Below are positions 18,577 to 28,488 of a stretch of 64,000 nucleotides of DNA, in pieces. Under the pieces are notes generated by a model. The model saw only the letters and a program-made list of their open reading frames with translations, was not told the origin of the DNA and made no database searches. Within the stretch, counting starts at the first letter, position 1, and every line of letters begins with the position of its first letter. Origin of the DNA: Alphaproteobacteria bacterium (lineage in GTDB: Bacteria; Pseudomonadota; Alphaproteobacteria; Rs-D84; SZUA-605). The stretch covers positions 34,271 through 98,270 of the forward strand of contig JAVBPW010000002.1 of NCBI GenBank assembly GCA_031549385.1, given 5' to 3'. Made by a program: the position numbers and the translations under genes.

Positions 18577-21500
18577 ATGATAAGAAAAATCCTCCCGCTT
18601 GTATCCTTAATTTTATTATCAACAAATGTTTTCGCTAAAGAATTAAAAGTAACTAGAATTACTCCAAATGGTGATGATGTTGAACCTATGTCTCAAATTG
18701 TTATTACTTTTAATCAAGATGTTGTTCCAATTGGTGAAATGTCACGTAAGAAAGAAGAAATTCCTGTTAAGATTACTCCTAATTTAGATTGTAAGTGGAG
18801 ATGGATTGATAATTCAAATCTTGCTTGTATGCTTGAAGATGGAGATATGAAGGCGGCTACTAAGTATTCTGTTGAAGTTGGAGCTGTAAAAACTTTAAAT
18901 GGAGAAGAGTTGCAAAAAACATATGAACATTCTTTTATTACTCGTCGTCCTTTAGTTAGTTATTCTTACTTCCATCAATGGCAAGGTGCAAATATGCCTA
19001 TATTTGTTGTGAATTTCGATCAACCTGTACAAATAGATAGCCTTGAAGATGCTTTTTATTTTCAAGATAGCGCTTCTTCAAAAAAATATGATGCTAAAGT
19101 TGAGGTAAGAAAAGAAGAGTCTAGTAGAGTGTTTTATGTTTATCCTGCTGTAGAACTTGCAGCTTATAGAACTTATTCTCTTTATACTACTGGAGAATTT
19201 TCTTCAAAGTTAGGAGATGAAAAAAGAAAAAATGAAAAGAAAGAATTACAAAAATTTGCTACTTTTCCTGCAACCCCAAAATTCTTAGGGTTCTCATGTT
19301 CAGATGGTGATAATAAGGATGTAAAAGATTATAATGTAGAGGATTGTGATCCGTCTAATTATTCAACTATGGTATTTAATGTGCCTGTTAAGGCTAATGC
19401 ATTGAAGTATGCTAAAGTTACTCCTTCTATTTCAATTGATGAAGAAGAGAATCAAAATCAAAAATATAGCAATGATAGTTATACTCCAATGATTTGGGAT
19501 AATAGCCATAGTGTGGGGAAAAAGTATTATGTTTATTTGCCTAGATTCTTGAAGTCTGGGGTTGAATATAAAATCAGTTTTGATAGTAAATTAAAAGATG
19601 TATTTGGAAGAGGTTTTGAAGATGGAGTTGGAACCATTTCATTTGGACCGAGAAGTCCTTATGTTAATGTGAAGTATTCTATGTCAGTTTTGGAAAAACA
19701 GGAACAAACTGAAATTCCTGTGTTTATTACTAATATTTCAAATTTAGACTTTGACTGTGTTAGTGTGACTGCTGATGGAGTTAAGAAAAAAAGTGAAACT
19801 AAAAAATATGATTATCCAAAAAATATAGCTGTTGGAACTTCACTTGGAGTTAGAAAGTTACTTTCAGATAAATCGGGTATTGTTGCTTGTAAATTAACTT
19901 CAAATGATTTGAAAAAGGATAAAAAAGAAGTTTTTGTTTCTATTGTTACCCCTTGGAACTTAAGTATTAAGGTTGGACATTATAATTCTTCTGTTTGGGT
20001 GACTGATATGAAAACTGGACTTCCTGTTGAAGGTGCTAAGGTTTCTTTTTATAAGAGTACTACAAAAAATATTGGTGACAGAGAAGATTTAGATTCAAAA
20101 AAGACTGATAAAAATGGTCTTGCAATTCTTGGTGGGGTTAAAGAAATGGATCCTAAACTTGAATTTATTAATTCTTGGGATAATGAAAAAGATAAACTTT
20201 TTGTTAGAGTAGAAAAAGGTGGTGAACTTGCTATTATGCCATTTACTTATGATTTTAAAGTTTGGATTGATGGTATTCCTACTTATTTAGAAAGGGAAAA
20301 TTCTCATATTAAAGTTTGGGGAATTACTCCACAAGTTGTTTATAAAAAAGGCCAAGTTGTTGATTTTAAACTTTTTGTTAGAGATGATTTGAATGAAACT
20401 TTAGGATTGGCACGTAAGAAGAAAAGATTCTTGTTTATACCTTATTATAAAACTCCTTCTTTAACTGTTACTGTTGTAGATCCCCTTGGAAAAGAAGTTT
20501 ATAAAAATTCTGGAGTTAAATTATCAAAACTTGGTACTTTTGTTGATGATTTCAAATTGAGCAAAACGGCTGTTTCTGGAACATATATGATGAAGGCATC
20601 TATTGATGATGCAAAGTATTCATCTTTGTATCCTTTAGAATTTGTGGTTTCTGATTTTAATGCTTCTAATTTTAAAGTGGAAACTTTATTGAGTGCTAAA
20701 TCTTATAAGTCTGGAGATACATTGAAAGTGTCTACTGAGGCTAGTTTGCTTTCTGGAGCTCCTTATACTGCAAAAGAAGCAAGAATTAATGTTGAAGTGC
20801 AACCTAGTCATTTTGATGTAAGTAATCCTTTGTTATATAAATATAATTTTCCATATCCTTCATATGATGAAAAGAATGTTACTGTATTAAGTGAAGATTT
20901 TGCATTGAGCACAAAAGGAAAGGCAGAGGCTTTGGTTAAACTGAAAGATTATGATATTCCTTATGCTAAAATTATTGTGGAAAGTTCTGTGAAAGACGAT
21001 AATGGTAAGGCTATTGCTTCATCTTCTGTTGCTGACTTTTTTGGAGTAGATAGATTTATTGGAATAAGAAATACTGATTTTGATTACAGAGCAGGAAAAG
21101 AATTCCAAATTGAATATGCTGTTGTTGATACTAAAGGTGAAATTGTTAGTGCAGCTTCTGTAAATGGAACTCTTGAAATTTCTGAAGTTTCTTTTTCTAA
21201 GATAAAAGGAAGTGGAAATGTTTATGAAGAAAAACGTGAACAAAAATGGAGTAAGGTTGCATCATGTAAAGGAACTTCTTCGATTTCTGAACAATTATGT
21301 AAACTTAAAGTTAATAAAAGTGGAGAATATAGAATAACTTTTGAAGGAAAAGATACTAAAGGAAAAAAAGTTAAAAATTCTTCAGAATTTTATGTTACAG
21401 GAAAAGACTATGTTCTTTGGGCTAAAGATAAAGGAGATGTTTCTTTTGTTGATCTTGTGCCAAATAAATCATCATATAAAATTGGAGATGTAGCTAAATT

Positions 21501-24261
21501 TATGGTGAAAAATCCATATCCTGGTGCTTATGCTTATGTTTCAATTGAGAGAAATGGAATTATAGAAACAACAGTTAAAAAACTTAATAATAGTATGGAA
21601 TTTATAGAAGTGCCTATAAAAGATAACTATATGCCAGGGTTTTATTTGTCAGTGACTATATTTTCACCCCGTGTTGATAAAGCTCCACAAGAAAGTGCTG
21701 ATGGAAAGGTTATATTAGATCTTGGAAAACCTTCTGTAAAAATGGGATATATAAGGGTACCTGTTATTGATAGTAATAAAAAAATTGTTATGGAAGTTTC
21801 TTCTGACAAAGCAAAATACAAACCAAGACAAAAAGCTAAAGTTACTGTTAAGTTGAGTGAAAAAGATCGCAAAGCTGATTTGACTGCTATTGTAATTGAT
21901 GAAGGGGTTTTGGAATTACAAAGAGGCAAATTAAATAATTATGACATTTATAGTGCTTTTTATAAATTAGGAGATCTTGATCTTGTAAACTATAATACTT
22001 TACTTAATCTTGTTGGTCGTCAAAAAGTTGAAACTAAAGGTCAATCACAAGGTGGTGATGGTGGTGGTGGAATTGAAATGAGAAATGATTTCAAATTCAT
22101 TGCTTATTATAATAATAATTTAAAAGCTAATGGAAGAGGAGAAGCTACCTTTGAAGTTAATCTTCCTGATAATTTGACAAGATGGAAAGTTATTGTTATT
22201 GCTGCTGGAACAGATAGATTTGGACATAATGTTGCAAATATTGATGTGGATAATGAAATAGAAGTTAGAAAAGTTGCTCCTAATCAAATTGGAGAAGGTG
22301 ACAAATCTTCCATTGGATTGTCTGTTACTAATCGTACAGATAAAAAACAAAAGGTAAAAGTTGAAATCAATGTGACTGGGGATATTACAAAACCAGTGCA
22401 AATTTCAAAAGATATAGAATTAAATCCTATGGAAAAGAAGTCTGTGCTTGCTGATGTTTTAGCCTCTAATCTGCCTATTGATGCTTCAAAGGGTAATGGT
22501 ATTATTAAGGTAGAGGCAAAAGCTTATAGTGCTGAGTTTAAAGATGGTATGGTTTATAGTGTTCCTGTTTTGAAACTTAGATCTTTTGATGTGGCTACAG
22601 AATATAGCTCTTTACCATCTGATCAAAAGGAATTGAAGATACCTATAAAAATTCCAAGTGGTATTTACGATGATGTTGGGGGAATGTCTGTTACATTTAG
22701 TCCTACATTAATGAGTGGATTGGAAGAGTCATTTATATATATGAGAGATTACCCATATCCATGTTGGGAACAAAGATTGTCTGTTGCTGTAATGGCTATG
22801 AATTATAAGAATATGAAGAAATATGTTCCTTCTGTTGAATGGAAGGGAGCTGATAGCAATGTGATAAAGAATGTTTTAAATACTGCATCTGATTATCAGG
22901 CGCCAAATGGTGGTATGACTTACTTTATTGCAGAAGATTCTTATGTTTCTCCATATTTGAGTGCCTATACTGCCCTTGCTTTTACTTGGTTGAAGGATAA
23001 TGGATATAAGGTTCCTAAAGATGTAGAAGAAAAATTACATAATTATTTAAAGAAGTATATGAAAACATCAGAAAAAGATCTTGTTAAGAATGCTACTATT
23101 AGGTCTATTATTTTGTACTCTTTAATAAAGGCTAATAATGCAACTGATTTAGATTTAAATAGATTGCAACCTGCTTTGAAAGATATGACATTACTTGGTA
23201 AAGCTTATTTTCTTAGCTCTGCAACTGAATTAAAGAATGAAGATCTTAAAAAACAAGCATTGGATGCTATTATGGCAAATGCTAATACTACTTCAGGTAA
23301 GTATATGTTCTCTGATGCTTATGATTATAAAAATAATACATTCCTTATTACACCTATGCGTGATAATTGCGTTATATTGTCTGCTTTGACAAAGTTGAAT
23401 GATGAAAGTATTAAAGAAGTTCCTATGAAATTAGTGCGTACAATTATACAACAACGTAAATCTGGACGCTGGGTTAATACTCAGGAAAATGTATTCTGTC
23501 TTAATGCTTTAAGTGATTATGCGACAAAATATGAAAGTGAAAAAACAAAGCTAAATGTTAAAGCTGTGCTTGGAAATACTGAATTTGGTTCTGCTAAATT
23601 TGATAGTGTTAAAGATAAACCTGTTATTATTTCTAAAAACTTTGTTTCTTCTGATATTGGTAAAAGTCAGGATTTAAAGTTTGAAAGAGATGGAAGTGGA
23701 ATTGTTTATACTGAAGCTAAGATGAAATATTCTTATAAAAAACCATTGGAAACTATTAATTCTGGAATTAGTGTAGAACGTGAATACTTGATTAAGAAAA
23801 ATGGGGTTTGGGTGAAGTTAACTAAAGGGGCTAAATTAAAAAGAGGAGATTTAGTTAAAGTTAATATTATGGTATCTGCACCTGCTGCAAGGTCATTTGT
23901 TGTTGTAAATGATCCAGTGCCTGGTGGGTTAGAACCTTTAAATATGGAACTTGGAAATGTTTCATCAGTGGATGCTGGATATAATTCAAGCAAAAATCCA
24001 TCTGATTCAATTTACTATAAGAAAAATAATCCTATTGATTTTGGATCATTTTATTCAGGGTTTTATTTCAAAGAATTAAATCATGATGTTGTTAGATTTT
24101 ATTCAGATTATTTGAATGCAGGAAATTACTATCTTTCTTATGTGGCTCAAGTTGTTGCTTCTGGAAAGTTTAATGCTTATCCTGTTTTTGCTCATGAAAT
24201 GTATGATGAGGATATTTATGGCAAAGGTACATTGGATACGTTTGAAATACTTGAAGATTAG
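18577..24261 (+). CDS. Bacterial alpha-2-macroglobulin
   Basis: Signal peptide, Ig-like/MG domains, FEVNLPDNLTRW, thioester CxEQ in YPYPCWEQ, WVNTQEN, DPVPGGLE; followed by PBP1C. Confidence 0.93.
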   Translation: MIRKILPLVSLILLSTNVFAKELKVTRITPNGDDVEPMSQIVITFNQDVVPIGEMSRKKEEIPVKITPNLDCKWRWIDNSNLACMLEDGDMKAATKYSVEVGAVKTLNGEELQKTYEHSFITRRPLVSYSYFHQWQGANMPIFVVNFDQPVQIDSLEDAFYFQDSASSKKYDAKVEVRKEESSRVFYVYPAVELAAYRTYSLYTTGEFSSKLGDEKRKNEKKELQKFATFPATPKFLGFSCSDGDNKDVKDYNVEDCDPSNYSTMVFNVPVKANALKYAKVTPSISIDEEENQNQKYSNDSYTPMIWDNSHSVGKKYYVYLPRFLKSGVEYKISFDSKLKDVFGRGFEDGVGTISFGPRSPYVNVKYSMSVLEKQEQTEIPVFITNISNLDFDCVSVTADGVKKKSETKKYDYPKNIAVGTSLGVRKLLSDKSGIVACKLTSNDLKKDKKEVFVSIVTPWNLSIKVGHYNSSVWVTDMKTGLPVEGAKVSFYKSTTKNIGDREDLDSKKTDKNGLAILGGVKEMDPKLEFINSWDNEKDKLFVRVEKGGELAIMPFTYDFKVWIDGIPTYLERENSHIKVWGITPQVVYKKGQVVDFKLFVRDDLNETLGLARKKKRFLFIPYYKTPSLTVTVVDPLGKEVYKNSGVKLSKLGTFVDDFKLSKTAVSGTYMMKASIDDAKYSSLYPLEFVVSDFNASNFKVETLLSAKSYKSGDTLKVSTEASLLSGAPYTAKEARINVEVQPSHFDVSNPLLYKYNFPYPSYDEKNVTVLSEDFALSTKGKAEALVKLKDYDIPYAKIIVESSVKDDNGKAIASSSVADFFGVDRFIGIRNTDFDYRAGKEFQIEYAVVDTKGEIVSAASVNGTLEISEVSFSKIKGSGNVYEEKREQKWSKVASCKGTSSISEQLCKLKVNKSGEYRITFEGKDTKGKKVKNSSEFYVTGKDYVLWAKDKGDVSFVDLVPNKSSYKIGDVAKFMVKNPYPGAYAYVSIERNGIIETTVKKLNNSMEFIEVPIKDNYMPGFYLSVTIFSPRVDKAPQESADGKVILDLGKPSVKMGYIRVPVIDSNKKIVMEVSSDKAKYKPRQKAKVTVKLSEKDRKADLTAIVIDEGVLELQRGKLNNYDIYSAFYKLGDLDLVNYNTLLNLVGRQKVETKGQSQGGDGGGGIEMRNDFKFIAYYNNNLKANGRGEATFEVNLPDNLTRWKVIVIAAGTDRFGHNVANIDVDNEIEVRKVAPNQIGEGDKSSIGLSVTNRTDKKQKVKVEINVTGDITKPVQISKDIELNPMEKKSVLADVLASNLPIDASKGNGIIKVEAKAYSAEFKDGMVYSVPVLKLRSFDVATEYSSLPSDQKELKIPIKIPSGIYDDVGGMSVTFSPTLMSGLEESFIYMRDYPYPCWEQRLSVAVMAMNYKNMKKYVPSVEWKGADSNVIKNVLNTASDYQAPNGGMTYFIAEDSYVSPYLSAYTALAFTWLKDNGYKVPKDVEEKLHNYLKKYMKTSEKDLVKNATIRSIILYSLIKANNATDLDLNRLQPALKDMTLLGKAYFLSSATELKNEDLKKQALDAIMANANTTSGKYMFSDAYDYKNNTFLITPMRDNCVILSALTKLNDESIKEVPMKLVRTIIQQRKSGRWVNTQENVFCLNALSDYATKYESEKTKLNVKAVLGNTEFGSAKFDSVKDKPVIISKNFVSSDIGKSQDLKFERDGSGIVYTEAKMKYSYKKPLETINSGISVEREYLIKKNGVWVKLTKGAKLKRGDLVKVNIMVSAPAARSFVVVNDPVPGGLEPLNMELGNVSSVDAGYNSSKNPSDSIYYKKNNPIDFGSFYSGFYFKELNHDVVRFYSDYLNAGNYYLSYVAQVVASGKFNAYPVFAHEMYDEDIYGKGTLDTFEILED

Positions 24262-26347
24262 TATTCTTGTTGTACTTGTCTTATTTGTATTTATTACAAT
24301 AATAAATCTTTCAAAACTTCCTTCAAATTTAAATGTGGGAAGTTTTGAGAGTTCTCGAATTCAACTTATTGATAGAAATGGGAAAGTTTTATCTACTGTC
24401 TATGATGAAAGTCTGAATTTGGAAGATAATTTAAAACTTTATGAAATACCTGAATTTTTTAAATCTGCTTTTATAATATCAGAAGATAAGCGTTTTTATT
24501 CACATTATGGGGTTGATGTTTTGGCTAAAATTAATTCTGTGTATAAGGCTGTGCGTGGAAGCGATGTTAGAGGGGCAAGTACTGTTACAGAACAAGTTGT
24601 TAGGATTTTAAAGCCTAGGAAACGAAATTTATTTTCCAAATGGTTGGAATTTATTGATGCTTTAAGATTGGATGCTAAATTTAGTAAAGATGAAATATTT
24701 GAGTTTTATTTAAATCAAGTGCCTTATGCTTCTAATAGACGTGGAGTTAAGCAGGCGGCTAATTACTATTTTGGAAGGTCAGTTGATAGTTTGTCAGAAG
24801 AAGAAATGATTGCACTTGTTGTATTAATTCGAGCACCATCAAAATATAATTTATATAAGGGATATCATAAGAGTTATTTGAAATCTATTAAGATTTTGGC
24901 TAATAAAATGGGAAAGGATATTGAAAAGGTTGATTTGCAAATTTATGAAAGAGAAGAAAGTGTTGATACATTTCATTTTAATGATTTTGTGAAGGCTAAT
25001 TTACAAACACTTGGAATTAATAATGGTAAGATTAAAACTACTATAGATATAAATATTCAAAAAGATGTGGGTGATTTACTTTATAATCATTTGCAAAATC
25101 TATCTAAATATGAGGTGAATAATGGAGCTGTTCTTGTAATAGACCGAGCAAGTGGTGAAATTTTAGCTTGGGTTAATGATAATTATCCAGAGACAGCTAG
25201 CTTTGATAAAGTGCTTGTAAAAAGGCAACCAGGTTCCTTACTTAAACCTTTTGCATATGCTAAAGCTTTTGAAAAAGGTTGGAATGGGGCTACTTTGATT
25301 GATGATGAGCCTATGATTACAAAAACTGCCAGTTCTGGGGTGCATAATTTTAAAAACTATAGTGAGAGATTTTATGGTATGGTTAGTGCGCGACAAGCTT
25401 TGGGAAATTCTTTAAATATTCCTGCTATTAAAACTGCTGAATTTGTTGGAATGGAAGAGTTTTTGAGTTTTCTTCATGAAGTAGGTTTGACATCATTAGA
25501 TCAAGATGCAGAATTTTATGGTGATGGACTTGTACTTGGTAATGGAGAAGTTTCTCTTTATGAAATTGTTAGAGCTTATATGGTTTTGGCTAATCATGGA
25601 AATTATAGTGATTTGAAATATTTAAAAGATTCTGTTGTTGATGGTAGAAAAGTAATTACTCCTGAAATTGCTGATATTATTAGCGATATATTATCTGATT
25701 CAAAGGCTAGAGAACTTGAATTTGGTGGAAGAGGGGCGTTAATGGATTTTCCAGTTCAGACGGCGATTAAAACGGGAACTTCTTCTGCTCATAGAAATGC
25801 TTGGTCAGTTGGATATAATAGCAAATATGTTGTTGGAATTTGGCTTGGAAATTTAGATTATTCTAAGACAACCAGTTTGACTGGAGCTAATTCGACTATA
25901 TCTTTGCTCAGGAATATATTTGCTAAATTAAATAAAGAAATTGATATAAAACCTCTCGAAGTGCATAAAAATGTTTCATCACAAAAGGTTTGCTCAGATA
26001 AAGAATGTTTAGGATTAAAAAAAGAATTATTTGTTGGTGGGCAAAATGTAAAACAAAGTGTAGTTTTAGTTGCGCAAAAAGAAATGAAGCTTATTATGCC
26101 TACTGAAGGTATGAATGTTGCTATTGATCCACGTGTTCCAAAGAACTTACAAAAAATTAAATTCTATATAGATGCTAAACCAGAGAATTATAAGGTTGAA
26201 TGGAAATTAAATGATAAAATTATTTATCAAGGAAATGATTCTGACTTCTTTTGGGCTATTGAAAAGGGAAGTTTTTTATTAGAAACTGTTATTTATGATG
26301 GAAGTAAAATAGTATTAAAGCAAAAGACTAATTTTTCGGTGAAATAA
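24218..26347 (+). CDS. pbpC: Penicillin-binding protein 1C
   Basis: Transglycosylase EDKRFYSHYGVD, GASTVTEQ; transpeptidase SLLK, SLN, KTGT; coupled to A2M. Start likely ATG 24218. Confidence 0.9.
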   Translation: MAKVHWIRLKYLKISILVVLVLFVFITIINLSKLPSNLNVGSFESSRIQLIDRNGKVLSTVYDESLNLEDNLKLYEIPEFFKSAFIISEDKRFYSHYGVDVLAKINSVYKAVRGSDVRGASTVTEQVVRILKPRKRNLFSKWLEFIDALRLDAKFSKDEIFEFYLNQVPYASNRRGVKQAANYYFGRSVDSLSEEEMIALVVLIRAPSKYNLYKGYHKSYLKSIKILANKMGKDIEKVDLQIYEREESVDTFHFNDFVKANLQTLGINNGKIKTTIDINIQKDVGDLLYNHLQNLSKYEVNNGAVLVIDRASGEILAWVNDNYPETASFDKVLVKRQPGSLLKPFAYAKAFEKGWNGATLIDDEPMITKTASSGVHNFKNYSERFYGMVSARQALGNSLNIPAIKTAEFVGMEEFLSFLHEVGLTSLDQDAEFYGDGLVLGNGEVSLYEIVRAYMVLANHGNYSDLKYLKDSVVDGRKVITPEIADIISDILSDSKARELEFGGRGALMDFPVQTAIKTGTSSAHRNAWSVGYNSKYVVGIWLGNLDYSKTTSLTGANSTISLLRNIFAKLNKEIDIKPLEVHKNVSSQKVCSDKECLGLKKELFVGGQNVKQSVVLVAQKEMKLIMPTEGMNVAIDPRVPKNLQKIKFYIDAKPENYKVEWKLNDKIIYQGNDSDFFWAIEKGSFLLETVIYDGSKIVLKQKTNFSVK

Positions 26348-26348
26348 G

Positions 26349-26639
26349 ATGAAGACATTTAATGAAAAAGTTTATGACATTGTTCGACATATTCCTAAAG
26401 GAAAAGTTATGTCATATGGGCAGATTGCTCAAATGGCAGAAAATCCAGTTGCATCACGTGCTGTAGGTTATGCATTGTGCAGAGTTAAAAGTCTTGATGA
26501 TATGCCATGTCAAAGAGTAGTTTTTAAAGACGGAGCTTTATCTTCAAAATGGGCAGATATGCAATATCAAATGTTGAAAAATGAGGGTGTTGTTTTTACT
26601 AAAGCAAAAAAAGTAGATATGAAAAAGTGTCAGGTATAG
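26349..26639 (+). CDS. MGMT family / alkyltransferase-like protein
   Basis: IPKGKVMSYGQIA, RAVGYAL, PCQRV, LKNEGV. Confidence 0.85.
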   Translation: MKTFNEKVYDIVRHIPKGKVMSYGQIAQMAENPVASRAVGYALCRVKSLDDMPCQRVVFKDGALSSKWADMQYQMLKNEGVVFTKAKKVDMKKCQV

Positions 26640-26642
26640 GTT

Positions 26643-27164
26643 TTAAAGGGCTGTACCTTTTTTAGGAATAGTAAAATTTGATACGTTTGTGCCTTCTTTT
26701 TCAAGTAATTTGATTTTGGTTTTTATTCCACCAGCAAATCCTGTTAAACTCCCATTTGAACCAACTACACGGTGGCATGGAATTATAATTGATATTGGAT
26801 TGTGCCCTACTGCCCCACCAACTGCTTGAGCAGATTTTATACCTATTTTTTTTGCAATATCACCATAAGTGATAACTTTACCATATGGGATTTGACATAA
26901 AATATTCCATACTTTTTGACGGAATTTTCCACCTGTTGGAGATAATGGTAATTCAGAAATTGATGGTTTTTTCCCTGCGAAATATTTATCTAACCATTCT
27001 TTGGTTTTTATAAATATAGGACAGTCGTTTTTTTCTGTCATTTTTTGAGGTATTGTATTTCCATGATATTTTTGACCTTCTATCCAAAGTCCAACTAATT
27101 TATCGTCCTTACAAGCTAGAGTAAGATTTCCTATCGGTGATTTATATAATGTTGAATAATACAT
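26643..27164 (-). CDS. ogt: Methylated-DNA--protein-cysteine methyltransferase
   Basis: IPYGKVITYGDIA, AVGGAVGHNP, active site PCHRV. Confidence 0.93.
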   Translation of the reverse strand: MYYSTLYKSPIGNLTLACKDDKLVGLWIEGQKYHGNTIPQKMTEKNDCPIFIKTKEWLDKYFAGKKPSISELPLSPTGGKFRQKVWNILCQIPYGKVITYGDIAKKIGIKSAQAVGGAVGHNPISIIIPCHRVVGSNGSLTGFAGGIKTKIKLLEKEGTNVSNFTIPKKGTAL

Positions 27165-27312
27165 TATTTCTCCTTTGTGAAGTATCTATTATTAATTAGA
27201 TTAACTATAAATTAAGAAAAATCAATAATAAGTTAGATTTAAAAAGATGTGAATTTAAAGTTCTTGATTTTTTATATTATAATATTATTCTCTTATAAGA
27301 GGAGAATATAAA

Positions 27313-28461
27313 ATGGCTTTTTCGAGAAATTTTCATATGACTATTAAACCTATTGGTGCAGCTTGTAATATGAATTGTAAATATTGTTATTTTTTGAGTA
27401 AAATAAATTTATTAAATAGTTTTTCAAGAATGTCCGATGAAACATTAGAAAATTTTATTAAATCATATATTCAAGCTCAAGATTCTGATGTGGTGTTTTT
27501 TACTTGGCATGGAGGAGAACCTACATTACTTGAAATAGATTTTTTTAGAAAAGTAATAGAGTTTCAAAAAAAATATTCCAATGGAAAATATATAGAAAAT
27601 GATTTACAAACAAATGGATTATTAATTGATGATACTTGGTGTAAATTCTTAAAAGAAAATAATTTTTTAATTGGTTTATCTGTTGATGGAGATGAAAATG
27701 GAAACTCTTATCGTCAAGATAATAATGGAAATTCAGTTTTAAAGAAAACTATAGAAGTTGCAAAATTACTGAAGAAATATAATATTCCTTTTAATACATT
27801 AACTGTTATAAATAATAAAAATTCTAAGCGACCTGTTGAAACTTATGAATTTTTAAAAAATATTATTGGATCTAATTATATGCAATTTATTCCAGCTGTT
27901 GAAATTAAAGATCATGAAAATACAGCTCCAGGATTTTGGAAGGAAAAAATTGAATTAGAAGAATATTCAGTGTCCCCTGAAGATTGGGGTAATTTTTTAA
28001 CAGAAGTTTTTAATAATTGGTACGAAAATGATAAAGGAAAAGTATTTATCTTTCTTTTTGAAAATTTTTTATCCTTATATTTAAATCGTGGACCTCAGAT
28101 GTGTTTTTTTGAAAAAGAATGTTCACATGCTATGGCAATTGATAGAGATGGTTCTGTTTATGCTTGTGATCACTTTGTTTATCCAGAGTACAATTATGGA
28201 AATATAAATGATTTAAATTTAAATGAAATAGCTTTATCTGAAAAAAGGAAAAATTTTGCCAAATTAAAATCAAATTTGCATGAACAATGTTTGAATTGTG
28301 AATGGTTAAATTTGTGTAATGGAGAATGTCCAAAGAAAAGATTCCTAAAAACTTCTGATAAAAATGTTGGATTAAATTATTTATGTGAAGGATATAAAAT
28401 TTTCTTTGCAAAAACAAAGAAAAGGATGTTGAATTTATCTAAATTATATGATAATGTTTAG
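27313..28461 (+). CDS. Anaerobic sulfatase maturase (radical SAM/SPASM)
   Basis: KPIGAACNMNCKYCY, WHGGEP, LQTNG, YACDHFV, SPASM CxxCx5CxxxC; directly upstream of a sulfatase. Confidence 0.92.
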   Translation: MAFSRNFHMTIKPIGAACNMNCKYCYFLSKINLLNSFSRMSDETLENFIKSYIQAQDSDVVFFTWHGGEPTLLEIDFFRKVIEFQKKYSNGKYIENDLQTNGLLIDDTWCKFLKENNFLIGLSVDGDENGNSYRQDNNGNSVLKKTIEVAKLLKKYNIPFNTLTVINNKNSKRPVETYEFLKNIIGSNYMQFIPAVEIKDHENTAPGFWKEKIELEEYSVSPEDWGNFLTEVFNNWYENDKGKVFIFLFENFLSLYLNRGPQMCFFEKECSHAMAIDRDGSVYACDHFVYPEYNYGNINDLNLNEIALSEKRKNFAKLKSNLHEQCLNCEWLNLCNGECPKKRFLKTSDKNVGLNYLCEGYKIFFAKTKKRMLNLSKLYDNV

Positions 28462-28488
28462 TATAAATTGTTTTCATAGGAGGGAGAC

